From NCBI RefSeq assembly GCF_964355755.1, contig NC_092676.1:20168871-20232870 (forward strand): a stretch of DNA of 64,000 bases, in the 5' to 3' direction. Below, one piece after another: positions 52,517 through 64,000 of this stretch. A model generated the notes under the pieces. It searched no databases, was not told the origin of the DNA, and saw nothing but the letters and a program-made list of their open reading frames with translations. The stretch comes from Antedon mediterranea. Taxonomy: Eukaryota > Animalia > Echinodermata. A program made the translations under genes and the position numbers. How positions within the stretch are numbered: position 1 is the stretch's first letter; each line of letters starts with the position of its first letter.

Positions 52517-54295
52517 ACACACTCTGATAAGGTTCAGTCATGCAGATTTTATCTCGTATTTGCATAAGAAGCAGACAAAAGCAGATTGCCGAACGTTCCA
52601 GAAATGTTATCCTTAATACAACCGTCACAAATACGTAAGCAGCCAATCATTAACAACGTTGTTATGTGAACAATCTGCAAGAGTTTGTCTAATTATACAA
52701 CTCCCTCAAGAGTTGTCCTTGAAGTATTATAGGCCTATTGTAAAAAAAATTAGCGGGACAAAACATGCAGACAGCCCAACCAGATCAATCGTTGGATCGG
52801 GATCATGGCCACTCTTACACACACAAATCGTGGATAGATATTGAATTAGTAATATAGGACTACATTACCGTCCTGAATAAACTCATGATTTGTTCATTTT
52901 GTTAAAAAAGGACGTGATTTCAATTCCACGTTTATAGTTGTCGTATAATTTTTGCCCGTAATAAAATAATATAAGCATTATCAACAATAAATAAGTGCCT
53001 ATAAGACTTATGAGAATGCACCTGTGCTCTATCAGGCCTTTTGTATAATGCTTCCAATGCATCCGTTTTAACTAGATGTATTTTCATACATCATATAATG
53101 TACAGTATTTTTATATGTAACTAGTAGGCCCTATTTTGTGTATTTTTAAAAAATAAGGCCAAATCATATTATTCAGTCACATTGAAACCTTCAAACAAAA
53201 TAAGGCCAGATTAATTATAAATCCAGGATATTATTATTTATCATCGTCATCACCATTGTCATTATTAATATTAATCTTCATAATACATCTCTATACGTGT
53301 TCCGTTGATTTATGAAAATTAATTTTAACTAAGTAATCCCTATGTGGTGTGCAGTGAAGGAATTTGTCTGTGGTTTGTCGGTCACATGTTCTTTGTTACC
53401 AGCTTTTGACAATTAATGTGATTGAATAATAGTATTTGAGACATGTACTTAACTGTTGTTATGCATCACAAAGTGTATTATTAGGTTGAGTGATCAGTGT
53501 CCTCTTTACAACCCTTGCAATCATGCTTTTATCAAAATCAGACTTATCACAGGTTTTTTACTGTTCTATTATGTATACAGCTCTAGGGTGGTGCATGCGC
53601 AGAGTGGCGGAGTGTGAAATAATTTTGAATTGTTCAGTCCGATGCTATGATTTGGGTCATATGTTCTTGTTATTAACTTTGGTAATTAATGTGAATGAAT
53701 AATATGATTTGAGACATAATAATTACCTTTTGTCATGCATCATGTAGAGAAGGAATTAAAGTTTAAATTAGGTTCAGATCGACACCAGTGCCCTTTCTAC
53801 AACCTTTGTAACGAACCTTGAATCCATATCAGAATCCTATTCATTTTCTGCTGTTTTTCAAAGACATCAGTGCAATCAGTCAAGGAAAAATATATAAAAA
53901 TGTGTATGTTTATTAATTATTTATTAAATATATATATTTTCCTCCTGAAAAAAAAAACATTTGTCATATAGGACTATACAATTTTAATATCACATAATAG
54001 CTATACTAAAGTTACACAAAATAAAAACATATCACTTGGAATTTAATAATAATATATACATGATTAATTATTATACAGAATTTAATGTATACAATAATAT
54101 TCACTAGATAATTAATTGTTAAATATAAAAAGAATCAATTGAAAAATGTTTAAAATATTTACTGTATCAAATGCTGCCAAAACATCTACTAAGATCTATG
54201 TTAATATCTACCCCGACCCCCCTCCCCCACCCAATTAAATAAATCCAGGTCAGCATTTGAACTTTGACACACAAAAAGTAAACAAAATCATCACG

Positions 54296-57200
54296 ATGGC
54301 GGTCGCCGTAGACAAATTTGACTTGTTGTTTGACGAAATTGTCCGACAATTTACGTCATTCAGTGAAGCATTTGCAATTGTAGGAGCAATTTACACCACA
54401 CATAAGACATTTAATATTATACATGGATGTTACAGGGCAATCTATGTGTATGGTGCACCTAGATTAAGGGGAAGACCTAACCTTGTAAGCCGGTATGGTC
54501 GGTGGGCACGTGAGTACTCCATCCAGCTAGGCTAGTGCCATGTCCGCTGCTCTCTCTTCGCTTAAATGGCATGCAGAAATAATAGGAAGGACGGATATCC
54601 GGAAGGACTAGGCCTAGGTCCTCTAGAATTAGCCTACCGTAATATTATAATATAGCCCAAGGTGCCAAGTGTAGCCTAGAAATACTAAAGCGTCGGAGCT
54701 GGAAATTCTGGAAACATTTTTCAGAATATTATGTATTATTTTATTACAATACAATTTAATAAATTAATTTACAGACAGGTATAGATAGGCTAGTGGTAGT
54801 AGAGATATTAGATAGTGAAATATTATATCAGGTGAATCCAGAATGTTGAAATAGGGGAGGAGGTGAATCCAGAATGTTGAAATAGGGGAGGAGGGGAAAG
54901 TATGTTTTTGATGGTGCACAACCGATCCCCCCCCCCCCCCCCTTTGTTAGATCCACCTATAAATATGCAGGCCTTATTATTGATGAGGCTGTTTTCAGTT
55001 TGTCAATCATGCATGGAAGTCAACCTAGGTTTATGATACAATCTTCCTATCGGTGCATCTAGGGCCTTGCATCTTAATTCTATTGTCTCTCTACAAGGGG
55101 ACGAGGTGAACCGTGCTAGTAGAAAACTGTAAAAATGCAACTTAATCAATAACATGGTTGTACTAAATGCACAGTTGACCCTGATCACCAACCCACTGCG
55201 TTCATTTCCCATTTGCAAAACTTGGTTAATTTAAGTTTAATACTAATAAATTGCAAAGTTTTTAATTCTTTATAGTGGTCACAGGATGTACAGATGGTAT
55301 AGGGAAATCATATGCACAGGAACTTGCAAGTTATGGGATGAATATTATTTTAATTAGCAGATCAAGTGATAAACTACTTAAATGTTCCGAAGATTTAGGT
55401 AAGACCACTTATGCAATCTAACAACACTGAGCTCACCTTGTCAAGATAGGAACTCATAACAGTCCTTTGATCTTATGTCTGGCTGCGACAAATACCAACA
55501 ATTCTGTAGTACTATGTACATATTCTCTGTGGCGCGTGTTGTGGCACCAAGGGGTGTTGAACTGATTGTGTCGCAGCCAGAGATAGACCCTTTGATCTCC
55601 AGAGCTCAGCATCCTGTTGTTAGATTGCCTGGGTACTGTAAAACGTTGTGCTTTTATTAAATTACCAGTTTGGCTTCGTTTTGAGCTGCAATGTATCGGT
55701 GCACCAAGTACAATATTAATTCTCAGATGGTAGATTATGTGCTACATCACAATTTTTATTCCCTAATTTGATCATAGAGAAATACATGAAGAAATAAGTT
55801 ATTTCTTTACGGTTTAATTAAAATCATCAACTAGAACTATATACAGTATTTATTTCCATCTTTTATGTGATAACAAATTCAGTAGATCACAGTACTGATT
55901 TAAAAATTTGATCACAGATATACATATACATTACACAGCAAAAACTTAAAAATATTCAACAACATGAAATCAATAGAGCATAACAAACATTTATTCATGT
56001 TCATTGGTTGATTTCTGCTGCGAAATGCCAACTATGCTACATTTAATACTAAGTGCCGTTGCTGCATGAGCAAATTAGAAAACGATAAATTTTATTTTTA
56101 GAAAGGCAATTTGGAATTGAGACGCTCACAGTGACAGCTGATTTCAGTCAGGGACGTGCCATTTATACTATGATTGAACAAGAAATAAAAGACAAAGAAA
56201 TAGGAATTTTAGGTAAGATTGTTCTTCCTACAAATTCCCCTACAAATAAAGGGGAATTGGTTGGACAAATTATTGTTAGTGCTAAGTTACATTTAAAAAA
56301 AACCACAGCATGCATGTTAAAAAAAACCACAGCATACATGCATTATAAAAAACCAGAGCATGCATGCATTAAAAAAACCCACAGCATGCATGCATTAAAA
56401 AAAACCAGGGCATACATGCATTTAAAAAAAACTGAGCATGCATGCATTTAGAAAAAAAAAATGAGCATGCAATATTACTATGACAAAAAAAATAGTTTGT
56501 CTTGTTTGTTTTTTCCCTAGTGAACAATGTTGGTGTAATGTACTATCCTGAAAATCTGCATGAGATGAATATGGATCGAATTTTCCAATTGATTAACGTT
56601 AATGTCACTGCTGCAACTGTTGTAAGTTGGGAAACCGGGTAGAAAAAACCGTTTCATTTGGAAATGTGATTCTGCCTGAAAAACATTATTGCCACTTCAA
56701 TGGATTGAACTGTATTAACCTGTAATTGATAGTATTTCAGTTTGTTGTAGGTTATTGATGCAATTTATGAGCCCACAGAGCTGTTAAAGACCATATCCGT
56801 TCTGTTAAGAGGGAAGTGTCTATCTACACGGTAAACTGTGACAACAGCATGGCCAACTGTGTGTGTAACCCACATCCATATCCCTTCTGTATAAGAAGAA
56901 AGTGTCTATCTACACAGTTAACTGTGACAATATAGCATGGCCAACTGTGTGTGTAACCCACATAGCTGTTAAGGTAGCACTGACCATATCCCTTCTGTAG
57001 AAGAGGGAAGTGTCTATCTACACAGTTAGCTGTGACAATATAGCATGGCCAACTGTGTGTGTAACCCACATAGCTGTTGAGGTAGCTCTGACCATATCCC
57101 TTCTGTATAGGAGGGAAGTGACTATCTACACGTTCAACTGTGACAATAGCATGGTCAACTGTAATTCATTATTTTCTATCAGCATAGTTGACCCTGGCTA

Positions 57201-58851
57201 GTTTTCTGTGCTAACAGAATAAAAGCACATGCTTGACCTTCGATAAAAATTAAGACATTAGACGCACGGTTGACTGTAGGAATAGGTAACAATGAATTTG
57301 ATGCATGGTCGACAAAGCCAATTAAGCTTATATTTTCCACCCGGTTGACCGTACAAATAGCCTCATCTACATAGAAGAGAATATGAGGACTGAACACCTG
57401 AAAACTGCTAGTTTGAAATGTAAATTCATTTTTTCAGATGAGTCGTATTGTATTGCCCCAAATGGTGGAACGAGGCAGTGGAGCCATTGTGAATTTATCA
57501 GCAGCAACGTCCATTAGGCCAAGTCCGCAACTAGCAGTATATACAGCTACTAAGGTAACTTAAACATAACAACAAATTGTATAGGCTGTATTCAATATTA
57601 TAATACAATTCAATTCAACATTTATTTCAATCAAAATCAGCAAACATTTACAAAAAAAATTAAAAAAACAACAAATTTGGACGAAAGATCACATGAAATC
57701 TTTATTTGTTCCACATATAAAAATATACATGGAAAATTGTTTTCCTCGACAGAAATATGGTAAAACAAACAAAGCATTCACAATACATCATACACAACAA
57801 TAATAAAATGACAGTTTATAAGAAGATTCATAAAAACATACATCAATCTAATATAAAAGTTATATTTAAAATTATATTCCCATTTAAAAACTGTAAAATC
57901 TAAGATCTAACATTCATTGAGACTCGCATGCCAAAAAAAAAAAATTACATAAAGTATATAAGCATAAAAACAATTTAACAATTACGCTTAAACTTAAGAT
58001 TAATTCTTGTTAATAATATTCTCTCTCTGATGAGGATATTCCCACATGTTTAGGTCTAAGACACATCAGATGCTGTCCATAAAACTTAATTTAGATACAG
58101 TATCGACTGTGGGAAAATTGTTTTGGTTGACTACAGACATGTACTCTTTCCAGACTTATTTAGATTATTTGGCCCAAGCGTTACAGTATGAGTATGCAGA
58201 CAAAGGAATAACGGTGCAGAGCCTAATGCCATGCTTTGTGGCCACCAAGACATCACAATATGGTGGTGATGTTCAGAGTCCAGGCTACTTTATACCATCA
58301 GCCAGCCTTTATGCCAAAAGTGCTTTGCAAACACTAGGTGTGACTAGCAGAACGACAGGTTATTGGCCTCATCAACTACAGGTAAGCTTTTAATTTTAAT
58401 AACTTGCGATGATCTTTATTACCTAAGCACAGTAGAACCTCTCCTTTGGGACACCTCAATTCTGGGACACTTAACTCAGAAACGAACGACGGCAAATTAT
58501 GTTTTACACTACGACCAACCTTTATTTATTGGACATCCCTATTATAGAGACACTTCCCGAAGTGTCCCCTTAATAGGTCTTTTTCTGTATTCCACTTTAG
58601 TTTGGGAGATAGAATAAAAAGCACTTCTTTGAATAAAGGTCACTAAAACATTATAAACTGTAACCCCAATTCAGGTCAACCCAAAGTTAGTTGCAACTTG
58701 ATGGTGGACCAAATTGATTTTAATATTATTTCTTTTCTTGTAGTTTTACATTGTAGAAATGTTACCAAAGAGTGTTTGGCTATGGTGCACCAACATAGTC
58801 AACAGTGCAATAAAGAGGAAGATTAAAGCTGGACAACAGAAGAAGAAATGA
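54296..58851 (+). CDS. HSDL1: Hydroxysteroid dehydrogenase-like protein 1 (SDR family; 333 aa); exons 54296-54509, 55276-55398, 56102-56212, 56521-56621, 57438-57554, 58154-58381, 58744-58851
   Basis: The N-terminus MAVAVDKFDLLFDEIVR..EAFAIVGAIYT resembles HSDL1. It carries [23 protein letters not shown] (TGxxxGxG), ADFSQGRAIY, GILVNNVG, PQLAVYTATK, ALQYEYADKGITVQSL and RTTGYWPH. Phases are consistent (1002 nt). Confidence 0.92.
54830..54895. repeat. ~32-bp direct duplication
   Basis: aggtgaatccagaatgttgaaataggggagg occurs twice. Confidence 0.85.
55411..55630. mobile_element. MITE with TIR GCAATCTAACAACA; second, inverted copy at ~62068-62240
   Basis: atgcaatctaacaaca ... tgttgttagattgcct; the interior matches the reverse complement of 62080-62215. 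Confidence 0.65.
56288..56470. repeat. ~22-bp minisatellite (A-run + GCATGCATGCATT)
   Basis: About 8 units of aaaaaaccacagcatgcatgcatt. Confidence 0.85.
56770..57162. repeat. ~90-117-bp tandem repeat (about 4 copies) in an HSDL1 intron
   Basis: ccatatcccttctgt..gaagtgtctatctacac..actgtgacaa..agcatggccaactgt recurs. Confidence 0.88.
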
Positions 58852-60106
58852 TCTGAAAATAATCAACAACTTCAAGAACCACTCAAAAATGCTTTTTTCT
58901 TGGCAAAATTATTTTATTTTGTATTGTAGTATTTGCTTTTTTTGTTAGAACGATAGCGCCTACAGTTTTTAAGTTATCATTCTGTTATTATTTTTCAGTG
59001 TAAATAGATATATACTTGCGGAACATTCAATTCAAGAAAATTGGTTCAAAAATTTGCATTCTTTTAACATGAGCTGAAATATCAAAATGGTGCCCTCTAT
59101 GGCAATATTCTGCCAAGTACTTCACTCAGTTTCTGAGTGCTTCTTGGTGTTATTGTAGAAGAGCTTATGTAATCACTAATCAGGTAGATGCAGCAATAGA
59201 TCAAATAGCATCAAAATGATTGTAGCGTAAGAAAACCAAAATGTTCTCAACCATACTTTATTACCTTTTTGGAAGCACATAATGTACTGCAAACCTAACT
59301 TTACTAGAATTTAATTTCGCATACAAGAGCATTTTTAACAATAATTTAGTTGTTGCAGTGAAGAGTCCGATATAAGCCTTGCACATCTACATTATTAGTG
59401 TAGTAGTCCAGTAAAATATCACATTCACCATTGCATAACGTTAGTAGTTAACGAGATTGTCAACGTAGGTTCTAGATGGCCATTTGGCTTAATTTATATT
59501 TATATAGTAGCACACAGTGCTATACTCCTGTTTTAGGGAATCTAAATGGCCCTCCAATCCTGGAGGCCTCTGGCATTTTTAGCCTTTTTCAACATATTTT
59601 AATGCCAGTTTGTTACTCTTGACACTGCTCAGGAGCCTGTAAGCTACTGTAGTTTACATTTTTGGCAGATATTTATTCAATGATATTTTGTTTTTGCAGT
59701 AGTATTTTAAAAGAATTATGTTTGTCTATTAAGTTTTTTAGGTATACATTAAATGTATTCTACTATTAATGTATCATATTCATGATTTTTTTTCAAAATT
59801 TATTTGTCCTTTTCTATTATCTTTTAATAATTTATTTTCTTTACATTTCCCTAATCCTTACGACACAAAATCTGCAACTTCACATCAAAAGAGAATTCTT
59901 AAAAGTTGTAACGATTCAATTACTGTATCCTTTGAAAAACTTTTGGTACAGGTTGACTTTTAATCATGAGCACATCATTTACAACCATTACTCATTGGTT
60001 TTGCGGTCGTTCAAGCGCATTCACAGACCATTATAAGCTAGATTAAGCATGAATGAAATATATATAAATATATATTTCCTCCATGGATTAAGTTATCATA
60101 TTAATG

Positions 60107-60480
60107 AGAGTGAGTGGCCGAGCGGTTAAGACAGTAGAATCATAATCCATAGCCATAACATTGGAGGTTCGAGGCTCACTTCCTCCATGGTTCTTGCAGT
60201 AGAACAAGACTTGGATAATGACTATAAACCATAGATCTAGTGTACACATATTATTACTTGTGTCACTTTAAAGAACCTACTACATCTTTCGACACAAGTA
60301 GGGGGTTTCCCTGGTGTACTAGTTCACACACTGAGCCACTGTCGTGGACAGACGTAATGGTGGCGTAGTTGGCTGCCGGTGACACGATGTGACTCTTGGA
60401 GGAGAAGACAGTTGTTGAAAAGGTGTAATATCCAAGTCCACATCGCTCTGATCTTCACGAAATAGCACTATATAAATGTC
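60107..60480 (+). mobile_element. tRNA-derived SINE
   Basis: A box TGGCCGAGCGGTTAAG and B box GGTTCGAGGC; the body is shared with the 43170-43440 copy. Confidence 0.75.
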
Positions 60481-61113
60481 AAATTATATATTATTTAAAT
60501 TAATTGACAGACAAATTTGACTATTACCATGTTTTATTGGTGTTTTTTATTGAATTATCAGTACATTGATATTTATGAAATGCATTGGGTGTACAAAAAG
60601 AAAAAATAAATTATGCAAATCAACCGATGAAACAATAAATTATGCAAATCAATAGACAAAATGTATGCAAATCACATGGTTACGAGTTTCCATTGAAAAC
60701 TCTACAATCTGTGATATTTGCAGTGGATGTTGACAAGTGTGACAAAACCAAAGATTTCAACACCATGAAAGTGATCCTTACCAGCACTACTGAAGTTAAA
60801 TCCATTCATAAAAATGTGCATAGGAATTTGAATACCCATTGAAACCGTGTATATTTTATGCCATAAATTTTATTTTGTTTTACCTTTAAGTATAACTTTT
60901 ATTTAAAAAAAAACAAAAATATTATATTGAGTTCATTTTTTTCAATAAGCTCATCAACATTGTGAATGAATTATAATGAAAATTACTACTATGAATCAAA
61001 TTTGACGACATGATTTCTCTATCTTATATATATATATATATATATATATTATAACATTTCATAGAAATCACTTTATTATTTTATTAAAGGTGGTTACACA
61101 TCAGCAGTGAATA

Positions 61114-63995
61114 TTAATTTGTTTTGGCTTGTTTCTTCAATGCTCTGGCACGAGTACTTTTAAGAATGCCCATGGTGTTCTTGGTCACCATGCTTTCAGG
61201 TAAACACTCTAGAACGTATTTCTGTAGAAGGAAAGAAACAAAAAAAGGTAAAAATCTAAATCTAGGTATAAGATGAGATCCTTCTGGATCCAATGCCCTG
61301 GATCTACAATTATATGGATCTAGCATTATTTGGACCTATAATTATCTGGATCTACTGTTATATGGATCTACTGTTATCTGGATCTACCATTATCTGGATC
61401 TACCATTATCTGGATCTACCATTATCTGGATCTACCATTATCTGGATCTACCACCGATTTCCAATTAAAAAATGTTCCAAAGGCTTTCCTTAATGGGTGA
61501 GAACACTGGTCTTAAATTAGGTGTTATTTTATTTGCTATGTTTAATAATTACCTGCAGAGCATGGGAAGTACATCCCATTGTCAAACTCTCCACACCAAC
61601 TGTTCCCAATGCACTGCTTACATATGTGTCTGGGCTTGGAATTGTCCAAGACTTTTTCTTTATCTTGCTAAGTTTTGTTGTCACGAAGTAAGGTGCAACA
61701 CACTTTAAAAAGATTTTTAAAAAAAATTGGAAACATCTTTTTATTTATTTAAATAAATTCAAAATTACAACCAACAACAAACACATCCTAAAAAAGCTAC
61801 TTTTTATTCCATTCTAAATGATCACATGATCCCAATTCATAAATGAATTATCAGCACAAAACACACTTTATATGATCATATGCAAATGAAACAGAAGAAC
61901 TTGAATATGTTATCAGTAATCCGATCCACTCAAGCATTATGACTGACTATGGGTTATCAAAAATATCTTTGAAGCTATTGTCTTTTGGAAATAAACGAAA
62001 ATAAACCAAATCGCATGGGCACATTACACTTTTCTTGTCAAACTAGTTTGATAGTGTAGACAGAGCTTTACAATAGGATTATGAGCTCCGGAGATCAAAG
62101 GGTTTATCTGTGGCTGCGACATGATCCCCTTAACAACACTGTGCCACAGAGAATGTACATAGTACAATACTGTTGATGTTTTGTTGCAGCCATACATAAG
62201 ATCAAAGGACTGTTACAAGTGTCCTGTTGTTAGATTGCCTTGATTAGTTTGTGGGATCATATTCCAACATAATTTATATCAACTTACTTGAACTACAATG
62301 CCTTTGTCTTGATACTCATAATGGAGGCATTGTGATAGAAAGTTTACATATGCCTATGAATAAAAACAAAATACTTTAATATAAAAACTGGCATCTTTCT
62401 GTTAACCCTTTCACTGCGGAGCGTTATTCCCACCTCTGTGCATAATATATATTTAAGAAAAACATATGATATTTTAATTAATTGCAAAAAAATACTAATT
62501 GAGATAATTGTGTAATTATTTTTGTGGTGTGTGATGGGCAAAGGGTTAGTCTACAGTTAGGTATTAAAAAAAAAGTAATTTGCATATTGATGACGTCATG
62601 TGACGTCATTACAGGTATTTTGGATTTCGTTTTTTTTATCAAATCAATGATAAAAACTATATTTTCTATAAGAAATTCTTATGGAATACGTTTTTCCAAC
62701 TGGATATTGATGAAGATACGTATAAAAAATAAAAATATAAAAAAAAATTTAATTATTTTTATTGTTTTATAAAAATTATGCACAAATCAAAGTTTTGGGT
62801 CAAAATCGTGAAAATAATGACATTTTCGAAAAATTCCCTATAGTACAAAAACTAACTATTTTTTCAGAATTTTTTTTTTTTGCGTGTTGTGATAAACACC
62901 ATGTTGCCCTATTGGAGCTGGTAAATTTGTGTTACTTTCAAAATGGCCGCCATTACGCTACTCAACACAACTTTCCAAGATAGAAATACTATTATATACT
63001 ATACTATATATAATATAACTATAGAGGGCGCATTATTTTCAAGACGATAATACAACTATAGAGGGCCGTTTTTTTTTGCTGGAAAATTTTTTTAATGACT
63101 TCCAAAAATATTCAAGTTCATCAAAAAAATACAGAGGGTGCTATATATTATAGGCAAATACGATTAAATCATTGTTTTGCCCATACCCGGTAATACCGGG
63201 TATACGTATTTCAACGACGTCTGTTTATACCCGGTAGTACCGGGTATACGCAGTGAAAGGGTTAATTTTACAACTTAACACAACACCTGCATTTTGTATG
63301 GTGTGCAATTTTGGTGTGTGTAAACTCTGGCGAGTTGAAAGAGTTACTAGACAACCAAATGTTTTGTAATTTTTGTATTTTTTTAATGTCTTAATGTCAC
63401 ATAATAGTTATCAAATTTGAAGCAAAAATAAAAATTGCTATAAATTAGCAAACCGTCTTTTTATTTTCTATGGGAGTGATTTATTTTAACTGCAAAATGG
63501 TCTGATTTGATTAACCTTCATTTGTTCAAGTATTTGGGGGATAATACATCATTAACACATAGTACACTAAACACAGTTTTACCTTGGTTGCTGAGTAAAG
63601 AGCTAAAAGTGGACATGTTGATAAACCAGACGCGGACGACACATTGATGATTGCTCCTTTCCGCCTTTAAAGAAAAATTAAATTAAATTTACTCTACAGA
63701 TCTAATAATACTAATATATTCCATATTTTTATAGTAGAGAATAGCAGTTAGTAGTGAATAAGTAGAGAGCAAGGGGAGGGGTTTAGAGAGCAAGAGGGAG
63801 GGGTTTAGAGAGCAAGGGGGAAGGGGGTTTGATGAGCAAGGGCAGGGGTTTAGAGAGCAAGGGGGAGGGGTTTGGTGGGAGGGTGTTAACAGATTAGCTT
63901 TTTAATTGAAATACTGTACAATACAATCAGTAATACCAACAAAAGAAAACACACACAAACCTTGTTTCCATTTGTGGAAGACAAATTGCAATCAT
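61114..63995 (-). CDS. HSD17B12: Very-long-chain 3-oxoacyl-CoA reductase / 17-beta-HSD12-like, 3' part (gene continues beyond the window); exons 63995-63961, 63664-63583, 62353-62288, 61702-61553, 61221-61114
   Basis: MIAICLPQMETR-RKGAIINVSSASGLSTCPLLALYSATK-AYVNFLSQCLHYEYQDKGIVVQ-CVAPYFVTTKLSKIKKKSWTIPSPDTYV..HALQ-..RARALKKQAKTN*. The S..YxxxK triad is intact and splice sites are GT-AG. Confidence 0.88.
61285..61453. repeat. 16-bp minisatellite TGGATCTACCATTATC
   Basis: About 10 units, the most homogeneous at 61375-61452. Confidence 0.9.
62015..62067. mobile_element. Harbinger-like MITE family 1, partial
   Basis: atgggcacattacac..aactagtttgatagtgtagacagagct. Confidence 0.65.
62068..62240. 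mobile_element. Inverted copy of the 55411-55630 MITE; its left end abuts a Harbinger-like MITE
   Basis: gagctccggagatcaaagggt..cataagatcaaaggactgt..cctgttgttagattgcct. Confidence 0.65.
62406..63261. mobile_element. Non-autonomous piggyBac-like element
   Basis: TTAA|CCCTTTCACTGCG ... CGCAGTGAAAGGG|TTAA (perfect 13-bp TIR and TTAA TSD); subterminal palindromes ATACCCGGTA.TACCGGGTAT. Confidence 0.88.
63762..63885. repeat. ~21-bp G-rich minisatellite (G-quadruplex potential)
   Basis: AGAGAGCAAGGGGAGGGGTTT repeated ~5 times. Confidence 0.85.
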
Positions 63996-64000
63996 CTATA

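Noticed and set aside
59088-59104. CTCF-like site between the convergent HSD genes
   Set aside because: Only the AGAGGGCAC half matches the consensus, which is insufficient without ChIP data.
60110-60190. Possible tRNA gene (also 43370-43440)
   Set aside because: A and B boxes are present but there is no proper cloverleaf, and both continue into a shared SINE body.
61553-61702. Suspected frameshift in the HSD17B12-like exon
   Set aside because: Recounting the A-runs gives an intact frame (LSKIKKKSWTIPSP).

Overview
AT-rich eukaryotic (animal) genomic DNA with GT-AG spliceosomal introns. It looks like an invertebrate deuterostome such as an echinoderm; this is inferred from gene content and repeat style, not proven. 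I found no prokaryotic-type system (CRISPR, operon, phage). Spliced gene models built by hand from splice sites and reading-frame continuity: a 3-finger matrin/dsRNA-type zinc-finger exon (+), FoxN1/4 (+, 5 coding exons), LRRC72-like (-, 6), GPLD1 (-, 25), two tandem intronless class A GPCR paralogs (-), a LIV-1-family ZIP4/ZIP12-like zinc transporter (-, 13), HSDL1 (+, 7), and the 3' part of a convergent HSD17B12-like reductase (-). Introns and intergenic DNA hold many non-autonomous elements: about 14 copies of a PIF/Harbinger-like MITE, plus piggyBac-, Kolobok- and MULE-like MITEs, tRNA-derived SINEs and minisatellites. Main leads: (1) MITE copies repeatedly sit 18-33 nt from exon boundaries; (2) two metal-response elements bracket the ZIP start codon; (3) a ZIP splice acceptor is tandemly quadruplicated, with two copies knocked out; (4) HSDL1 keeps the catalytic Tyr but has Ala at the catalytic Ser position; (5) the GPCR pair diverges mainly on the ligand-facing side and includes a Leu->Glu change at TM3 position 3.40.
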